A stretch of 32,418 nt of DNA from a virus. Taxonomy: Duplodnaviria; Caudoviricetes. Positions 27,266 through 32,418 of the stretch are shown one piece after another. Position numbers and translations under genes: made by a program. A model generated the notes under the pieces. That model was not told where the DNA came from. It worked only from the letters and a program-made list of their open reading frames with translations, and made no database searches. Each line of letters opens with the position of its first letter. The stretch's first letter is position 1. The DNA is taken from the IMG/VR virus record IMGVR_UViG_3300017754_001847, positions 1 through 32,418 of that record; one strand, 5' to 3'.

Positions 27266-27382
27266 TAAGGCTCCGGCTTTGCACCGGATTGCATGCCTCG
27301 CGTCTATGTTCAGCCCGTTTGCCTGCATGTACCTACTAGGGCCTATCGGCGTAGAGTGCCGCACTGTTCTAAACAAACCTCA
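27266..27382 (-). ncRNA. Candidate structured RNA with a T-loop-like arm
   Basis: TGAGGT/GCCTTA closing stem; TCCGG-TGCAAAG-CCGGA (5 bp plus 7-nt loop) abutting the 3' strand. Confidence 0.45.
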
Positions 27383-27494
27383 TTACTAAAATCTCTGAAT
27401 TAGTTAGTTAGCTCTTACTTGCTCATGGCTATCTCCTTGAGATTTCCCGCTCGTTACGCTTTGGCGAGTTTGCGAAAACACCTAAAGAACCTCT

Positions 27495-27537
27495 ATTCTC
27501 TCCACTTCTAGGCTATCTGCAATAGGGGGTTACCCTA
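27495..27537 (-). promoter_or_regulatory. Operator/promoter copy D: TAGGGTAACCCCCTATTGCAG, -10 GAGAAT; drives the ncRNA/tRNA cluster
   Basis: Most palindromic copy of the repeated motif. Confidence 0.65.
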
Positions 27538-27759
27538 GTCTTTAGGCGGATCAATAAGGCGCATCCAATGCGTCAACCGCTCCACCTTGTTTCCGCAGAT
27601 TTCCGCATCCCTCCAGCACATTTTTCCGGTCGCATTTGGGTGATATGCAGCCCAAAAGATGCGGCGCGGCGAATACAAGTGCTTTAGGTCTGGATGCCAC
27701 AAACAGCCCATGATTGGAGTCCCATCCTTTGGCGCTGTTTCAATCGGCATCCATTCCAT
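27535..27759 (-). CDS. DUF551-like small phage protein
   Basis: WMPIETAPKDGTPI...THWMRL..PP. Confidence 0.8.
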   Translation of the reverse strand: MEWMPIETAPKDGTPIMGCLWHPDLKHLYSPRRIFWAAYHPNATGKMCWRDAEICGNKVERLTHWMRLIDPPKD

Positions 27760-27800
27760 TAATCGTCCCAGCCTTCCATTTCATTCTCCTGTATGTTGGT

Positions 27801-28032
27801 TGATGGCGGCCGCGTAGTCGCAACCCTACGTTTTCACGCTTGACCATCATGTATTTAAGCTAGGCATTAGCGGGCGTTACCCCTCCGTTGCTTTTCACCC
27901 TAGGGCCAGCCTAAATACATCATGACCATCATGGGGGCGGACTATTTTGCACCCGAATATCCTCTGGGCCTGGGTGCTTCCAGATTCCAGCCTCTCCCCT
28001 AAGGGTCTCTCGGAATAATCCGCCTTCATGAT
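27801..28032 (-). other. Three back-to-back long hairpins in an intergenic region
   Basis: Inverted arms at 27801-27806/27844-27849, 27849-27861/27908-27920 and 27928-27946/28014-28032. Confidence 0.65.
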
Positions 28033-28070
28033 AGCCCCCGCTACTCTCCCGGGGTGGTCACTTCCTCTAT

Positions 28071-28814
28071 TTAATCACACAAATAGAGCCATTGGACGCC
28101 TTTCGACCCCAGCTTAATCAGCGCCTGCACGCCAATTTCTGCGGCCATGGACAGGATGCTGTTTCGCTTTTCAGCATCAGCAGCAGCATAAGCAGCAGCA
28201 TAAGCAGCAGCAGCAGCAGCAGCAGCAGCATAAGCAGCATCATCAGCAGCAGCATAAGCAGCAGCAGCAGCATAAGCAGCATCATCAGCAGCAGCATAAG
28301 CAGCATCATCAGCAGCATAAGCAGCATCATCAGCAGCATAAGCAGCAGCAGCGCGCGCCGCTCTTGCCACCGCAACCACTTGGCTAAATTCAGTCAGCGC
28401 CTCGCACGCGACGGATGCCGCCTCAAGCGCCACCTTATGCGCCGGGATGACTTCTCCAGCAGCGCGCAAAGCGACCGGCAGAATCTGCCTTGCAGTCTGC
28501 AAAACTACTTCTTTTGCAAATTCCTGCTGGTCGATCGTATCGCTCCCGAGTTGCGCTACCGCAACACGGCGCATGCCTTTTGCCCTGGCCGCATTGTCGG
28601 ACCAGCGCGAGTCGTTCAGCCGGATTTTGAAGCTGCGGACGGCAGACCCAACACAGCTAGGCTCGTCGCCGTGAGGCATGCCCATGGCGTAACAAACTGC
28701 CGCCTCAACACACATTTGTCCGGGGATGGGCTCACCCAATCCACTCGAAAGCCCGCAATCAACCGTCTCAACGACCTTTTGCGCGATTTCTTTGGTGATT
28801 TCAACTTTTTGCAT
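28071..28814 (-). CDS. Hypothetical protein with an internal Ala/Asp/Tyr repeat tract
   Basis: AACAGGAG RBS; MCVEAAV...HGDEPSCV...IRLND motif. Confidence 0.8.
   Translation of the reverse strand: MQKVEITKEIAQKVVETVDCGLSSGLGEPIPGQMCVEAAVCYAMGMPHGDEPSCVGSAVRSFKIRLNDSRWSDNAARAKGMRRVAVAQLGSDTIDQQEFAKEVVLQTARQILPVALRAAGEVIPAHKVALEAASVACEALTEFSQVVAVARAARAAAAYAADDAAYAADDAAYAAADDAAYAAAAAYAAADDAAYAAAAAAAAAYAAAYAAADAEKRNSILSMAAEIGVQALIKLGSKGVQWLYLCD
28172..28352. repeat. Imperfect trinucleotide-based tandem repeat (GCA/TCA/ATA units)
   Basis: Repeats of CATAAGCAGCATCATCAGCAG and (GCA)n, encoding AAYAADD units. Confidence 0.9.
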
Positions 28815-28877
28815 TTTGCACTCCTGTTAGGTTTTGGTGATGCATGCCCCCTGTCACGAGGCATGCTGCTGGGAGTT

Positions 28878-28920
28878 ACTGTATTTCCCTTCCGCCTGTT
28901 TGTCATTGGGACAAACCCTA
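28878..28920 (-). promoter_or_regulatory. Operator/promoter copy F: TAGGGTTTGTCCCAATGACA, 17 bp spacer, TACAGT
   Basis: Repeated motif; -35 ATGACA and -10 TACAGT at 17 bp spacing. Confidence 0.7.
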
Positions 28921-29505
28921 GGTTCTAGCAGAAAGTTTCCGATTCGCCATCCAGTCCCGGCTAATCTGCCCCTTCCCAGGCTCCACAAATGCCATGAACC
29001 GAGTGTCTACGCCTGTCGGGATGATCGTTACCTTTACACCCTCCGGCCAGATCACGTTAGCCTGCTGGTGCAGCCGCTTGTGGTCTATTTGCTGCTGGGT
29101 TGTTGCAATAATCAAGCCAGAATCTCGCGGCGCAAGGTTCACGCGCTCCGGTCTTTGGTAGCGCTCCAGGCCTTTTTCTTTCCTCGCATTGGCACGCTTA
29201 TTGCGTCCTTTCTCTGCGGCAAGCTCTCGGCGGCGCTGGTTTGTGGCCTCTTTCCGCCTTGCAAGCTCTATGCTGGCTTGCTTTTGGTACTCGCTGCACG
29301 CCTTGGGGTCAGTGAAAAACCGAAAGCTCTTGTCCGCGCCGCCCTTGAACAGAGTACCGGCCCTTGTCAGGTCAGACATGTAAACGCTGATAGAGTTCCG
29401 GTTCTTGCCCAAAATATCTGCTATTTCTTGGGTGCTGCGGCCATCCGGGGAATTGCACAGGGCAACGATTTGGCGGGCAAGTTCGCTTGTTCTTGAGGCG
29501 GGCAT
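28918..29505 (-). CDS. Winged-HTH-like DNA-binding protein
   Basis: GRSTQEIADILGKNRNSISVYMSDLTRAGTL followed by a beta wing and a basic helix. Confidence 0.65.
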   Translation of the reverse strand: MPASRTSELARQIVALCNSPDGRSTQEIADILGKNRNSISVYMSDLTRAGTLFKGGADKSFRFFTDPKACSEYQKQASIELARRKEATNQRRRELAAEKGRNKRANARKEKGLERYQRPERVNLAPRDSGLIIATTQQQIDHKRLHQQANVIWPEGVKVTIIPTGVDTRFMAFVEPGKGQISRDWMANRKLSART

Positions 29506-29837
29506 TATTTCATTGCCTTTCCAATTTCAGCAGCAGCGCGGACAACCGCTTTTTTGTCGTCGGAATCAGATGCGCAAAAAACCTCTTCGCAGCTTTCGGA
29601 GTCATAGCGGATAACGTCCCATCCTCCGCCCTCCATTGGGATCAAGCCAAATCTAAGTGCTACCTGTAGCCGTCGATTGTCTCCATCATCGTTGAGCGGG
29701 TCCCATCTTTTTTCCATCCCGCGCACGCGCAGGTATTCGCCTTGTGCTCCATCTGGATATGGAGGGAAATAGATGAATTCATATCCAGCAGCCTTAGCCG
29801 CCAGCTCTAACAACTCCCGGTCAGTCTCTGCGCTCAT
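29505..29837 (-). CDS. Hypothetical protein, paralogue of 542-907
   Basis: DRELLELAAKAAGY, WDPLNDDGD, VRAAAEIGK. Confidence 0.8.
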   Translation of the reverse strand: MSAETDRELLELAAKAAGYEFIYFPPYPDGAQGEYLRVRGMEKRWDPLNDDGDNRRLQVALRFGLIPMEGGGWDVIRYDSESCEEVFCASDSDDKKAVVRAAAEIGKAMK

Positions 29838-29995
29838 TTCATTGCCTTCGTAATCGTGCTCAAGGCCTCTACCTGTGCGGTTAGCTCTGAGCGCTGGGTT
29901 AAAAGAAGCTGGATTAGCTTTTCCTGCTGGCCGTTGCGCAGGGTTAGTGCGTCAACGATTGCCAGCAGCTCGGCTAGCTTTTGTTCTGGGTTCAT
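29834..29995 (-). CDS. Small coiled-coil protein (53 aa, not in the ORF track)
   Basis: ATGA overlaps at both ends; translation MNPEQKLAELLAIVDALTLRNGQQEKLIQLLLTQRSELTAQVEALSTITKAMK. Confidence 0.65.
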   Translation of the reverse strand: MNPEQKLAELLAIVDALTLRNGQQEKLIQLLLTQRSELTAQVEALSTITKAMK

Positions 29996-30297
29996 TTGCT
30001 GGCCCGGATAGCATCACGAATTGATATTGATGTATCCAAAACACCGATATCAAATCCAAAATCTCGTGGCCTAAATTGAGTGTCAGATAGCCGGTAATGT
30101 GCAGCCATCGTATCCTGATAAATTTTGTATTCGCGCCCAGCAATCTCCGCATCCTCTTCCTTGGTTGCAGAGCGGATGGCGGCGGCGAATTTTTTAATAG
30201 CCACCTCTGAATGCCCGTAATCCGTCATCCAATCGCCCAAGTCCGGATCAGTCAATCCAGCCTCGCGCGCCATGCGCAAAACGTCTTCTCTGTTCAT
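29992..30297 (-). CDS. Hypothetical protein
   Basis: MNREDVLRMAREAGL...FAAAI...AIRA pattern common in betaproteobacterial phage proteins. Confidence 0.7.
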   Translation of the reverse strand: MNREDVLRMAREAGLTDPDLGDWMTDYGHSEVAIKKFAAAIRSATKEEDAEIAGREYKIYQDTMAAHYRLSDTQFRPRDFGFDIGVLDTSISIRDAIRASK

Positions 30298-30301
30298 TCC
30301 A

Positions 30302-30502
30302 TCACCTGGGGGAAGAGTTGCAGCGGTCGATAACAGCACGTATGCTTCTAATCTCTTGCCATCGCAAAGCGATTTTTTCCGTCACTGCCCACTCAAGCAC
30401 ATCTTGCAATTCAGTCAGCAACTCATCCCGCTCCTCCTGCAATCTCTGGGCGATTGCCTTGATTGAGTCAAGGGCGGATTCTTCGATTTCGATACGGGCC
30501 AT
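30302..30502 (-). CDS. Hypothetical protein
   Basis: ATCAACCAACAGGAGG leader before ATG at 30502. Confidence 0.7.
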   Translation of the reverse strand: MARIEIEESALDSIKAIAQRLQEERDELLTELQDVLEWAVTEKIALRWQEIRSIRAVIDRCNSSPR

Positions 30503-30700
30503 TTCTACCTCCTGTTGGTTGATTGTGTGCTTAGCTCGGAAGGCCGGGCAGCCCGGGCAGGCATTGAACTGGGCCATAGCGCTTAACAGCCCTCCTATCA
30601 AACCATTCGACTTGCGTCTTTCCTTTTTCTTCCGAACTAAACATACACCTCTAGTATCTACATGCCAGCCCAGGCTTATTAGGGCTGGCGGCTGGGATGG

Positions 30701-30952
30701 TCAGAGTTCTTTTGCCTTGTTGGCTGCGGCTTGTAGCGCAAAAAGAGCATGACTAGCAACAGAAAACTCTCCAGGTTTTGTGCTTACTGCGGTAACGCTT
30801 AGGTCGTTAATTGCTTTAAATAGGAGCACATTCATTTCTGCAAGCCTAATGATTTCGGTAGACGCATCTTCAAGCACACTTTGAATGTGGCGCTGACTGC
30901 ATGTGGTTGAAATGCGGTGCGGATTAATCATCGCCCATTCCAATGCTTTCAT
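30701..30952 (-). CDS. Hypothetical protein, paralogue of 4070-4312
   Basis: AACAGGAGAAGC RBS; shared C-terminus. Confidence 0.8.
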   Translation of the reverse strand: MKALEWAMINPHRISTTCSQRHIQSVLEDASTEIIRLAEMNVLLFKAINDLSVTAVSTKPGEFSVASHALFALQAAANKAKEL

Positions 30953-30984
30953 TTCGGCTTCTCCTGTTTGGTTGCGATGAATGA

Positions 30985-31027
30985 ATTATCGGCCCGTCAA
31001 CAAGAAAAACAATAGAGGAAACCCTAA
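30985..31027 (-). promoter_or_regulatory. Operator/promoter copy E: TAGGGTTTCCTCTATTG, -10 GATAAT
   Basis: Repeated motif; shares AAAGACATTAGGGT with copy A. Confidence 0.65.
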
Positions 31028-31034
31028 TGTCTTT

Positions 31035-31220
31035 TCATCCAGCATTTACAGGCCAATACATCAGACAAGTCCCGTCATCCTCTATCGGCGGGGCCATCCA
31101 TGAGGTGCGCTCGCCAGCAGGCGATGCCCACAAAACACGTCTGCACATACCGCAAAGCTCGGACTGAGCGCCTAGGCATCTAGTGCAGTCGCTTGGCAGT
31201 GTTTTAACCTCTTGCATCAC
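31035..31220 (-). CDS. Small Cys-rich hypothetical protein
   Basis: DCTRC...LCGMCRR...C..YWP. Confidence 0.65.
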   Translation of the reverse strand: MMQEVKTLPSDCTRCLGAQSELCGMCRRVLWASPAGERTSWMAPPIEDDGTCLMYWPVNAG

Positions 31221-31794
31221 GCAACTCCTTTAGCTTTCGCCGGTACGTTTCCTTGATCTGAATCAGTTCCTCGCGGCTCCATTTGTGCGGCACATTATCC
31301 GCCTCCAGGGCCTCCCATTTCTCTTGCCCGATCCGCGCTATCGCCCCGGCCTTTATCTGGTGCGGCTTGGCCCCGTGCGGACCGTTACAGCCCTCGCACT
31401 CTCCTAGGCAATTGTCCTCATTGAACCGAAGGTGCCCAGCAGCTCCACGGCTTCTAACGTGGCCTGCGTGCTGCACTCGTCCAGGCTCCGAAGCGAACGC
31501 CCTGCCACACACAAAGCAGCCTTTGTCCTGGTCTCGCTCACGAACGAAACTATTGAAGGCCACTTGCGCTTCCGCAATCAACTTGGCAATACTTTTCAGA
31601 GCCTGCTTTCTCTCCCGGTCGCTGGCGCGCTCTGCTTTCTGCTGCGCCTTTACCCTCTTCGCCTCTTCCCTGTCTCTCTTTGCAATCAGGGCCAGCGCCC
31701 AGCCCTCGGCGCACTCTACGTGAACGATCTGGCTGGGCCTTTCTTGTACTAGCTTACCCCTGCAATGGGCGCACCGCGCACGCTTAAACGCCAT
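31204..31794 (-). CDS. ninG: NinG/Rap-family endonuclease
   Basis: AQVAFNSFVRERD..GCFVCG, HAGHVRSRGAAGHLRFNEDN..GEC..CN. Confidence 0.9.
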   Translation of the reverse strand: MAFKRARCAHCRGKLVQERPSQIVHVECAEGWALALIAKRDREEAKRVKAQQKAERASDRERKQALKSIAKLIAEAQVAFNSFVRERDQDKGCFVCGRAFASEPGRVQHAGHVRSRGAAGHLRFNEDNCLGECEGCNGPHGAKPHQIKAGAIARIGQEKWEALEADNVPHKWSREELIQIKETYRRKLKELRDARG

Positions 31795-31801
31795 GCGTCA
31801 T

Positions 31802-31993
31802 TCAGTCCTTGCGAGGCGTTGCGGCATCTTGCAAGTTTTGCACCATATCGCTCAAAGCCTCTGCGGTATAAGGCTTGTCTTTGTCCGTCAAAGACCCGCC
31901 CAACGTAACAACGTCCGCCGCCAAAGAGACGGGCACCGTGACAACAGCCGTAGCCGCCTTAGCCAACGATTCAAGCATTCCAAACATGATCAC
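31802..31993 (-). CDS. Small conserved phage protein
   Basis: AGGAG RBS; VVTVPVSLAADVVTLGGSLTDKD motif. Confidence 0.7.
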   Translation of the reverse strand: MIMFGMLESLAKAATAVVTVPVSLAADVVTLGGSLTDKDKPYTAEALSDMVQNLQDAATPRKD

Positions 31994-32034
31994 ACTCCTG
32001 CAATGCCTCCAGAAATAGCGCGGAGGCTCCCGCT

Positions 32035-32418
32035 TTACTGATATTTTCTTGGACTTTTGTAAATCGGCTCAACACCTGATTGGACCGCCATCGCCACTAA
32101 AAATTCCATCCAACTGCTAAAAACCTTTTTGCCCATCTTGCTCGTGCGCTGCGGCAGCATGATCACCCTGCCGTCAAAAGCAGCCATTCGCATTTCGCCC
32201 TTCCAACAGCCAGTAAGGACATTTTTCCAATCCTCATCCGTAGCCCACTCCATCACGCCGTTGATGCATAGCTGTTTCTGTTGCGCAAAGCCGGCAAGGT
32301 AGGGCCATTGGGCGGCGTTCTGATCAAGGCTGCGGGTTGGCTCGCTGATTGCTACCGCGTAGCCCTCTGGGGCCTCTCGGATAGCCTCGCAAGCTCTATT
32401 CCTAGCCTCTTGATGGGC
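32035..32418 (-). CDS. ninB: NinB/Orf-family recombination protein, 5'-truncated by the window edge
   Basis: Open frame from the edge: EAPEGYAVAISEPTRSLDQNAAQW...EDWKNV...RTSKMGKK.FS. Confidence 0.85.
   Translation of the reverse strand, partial: AHQEARNRACEAIREAPEGYAVAISEPTRSLDQNAAQWPYLAGFAQQKQLCINGVMEWATDEDWKNVLTGCWKGEMRMAAFDGRVIMLPQRTSKMGKKVFSSWMEFLVAMAVQSGVEPIYKSPRKYQ

Noticed and set aside
27270-27290. AATCCGGTGCAAAGCCGGAGC resembles the T-loop hairpin of a cobalamin riboswitch
   Set aside because: The flanking GGGAA and GCCCCCGCAACTGT/B12-box elements are absent and no B12-related gene follows
28172-28352. Tandem repeat considered as a CRISPR array
   Set aside because: There are no unique spacers, it is an in-frame coding microsatellite, and no cas genes are present
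28092-28928. Long + strand poly-Ser ORF and the alternative-frame poly-Leu/Met ORF
   Set aside because: They are shadows of the trinucleotide repeat in the real minus-strand gene, which has the RBS and family motifs
1-32418. Integrase, repressor, replication genes, att sites and a RecE-like exonuclease partner for RecT
   Set aside because: None recognised in the window; they may lie outside it, so lifestyle cannot be determined here

Overview
The window is about 32 kb of a tailed dsDNA phage or prophage with a P22/Sf6-like podovirus morphogenesis module. The host is probably a Betaproteobacterium, inferred only from protein styles such as the SSB. The left arm (1-6830, + strand) carries early/accessory genes: RecT, SSB, an ASCH-like protein invaded by an HNH endonuclease, and a five-gene cell-envelope operon. 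The centre (6906-26395, - strand) runs terS, terL, portal, scaffold, P22-type coat, head-tail adaptor, GroES, tail hub, cupin plus 2OG-Fe(II) hydroxylase, three ejection proteins, tail fibre and a non-canonical lysis cassette. The right arm (26486-32418, - strand) has ninB, ninG, many small ORFs, tRNA-Arg(UCU) and a dense cluster of structured non-coding elements. Notable unannotated signals: (1) three tRNA-shaped RNAs without an anticodon arm, plus long hairpins and minigenes, upstream of the tRNA; (2) a six-copy TAGGG-N4/5-CCCTA-like operator at fixed spacing from -10 boxes; (3) a PagP-like beta-barrel/SLT/SPFH envelope operon; (4) a cupin and hydroxylase pair inside the virion genes; (5) an HNH insertion that duplicated the 3' end of its target gene. 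All functional calls come from motif recognition by eye; no database searches were run.
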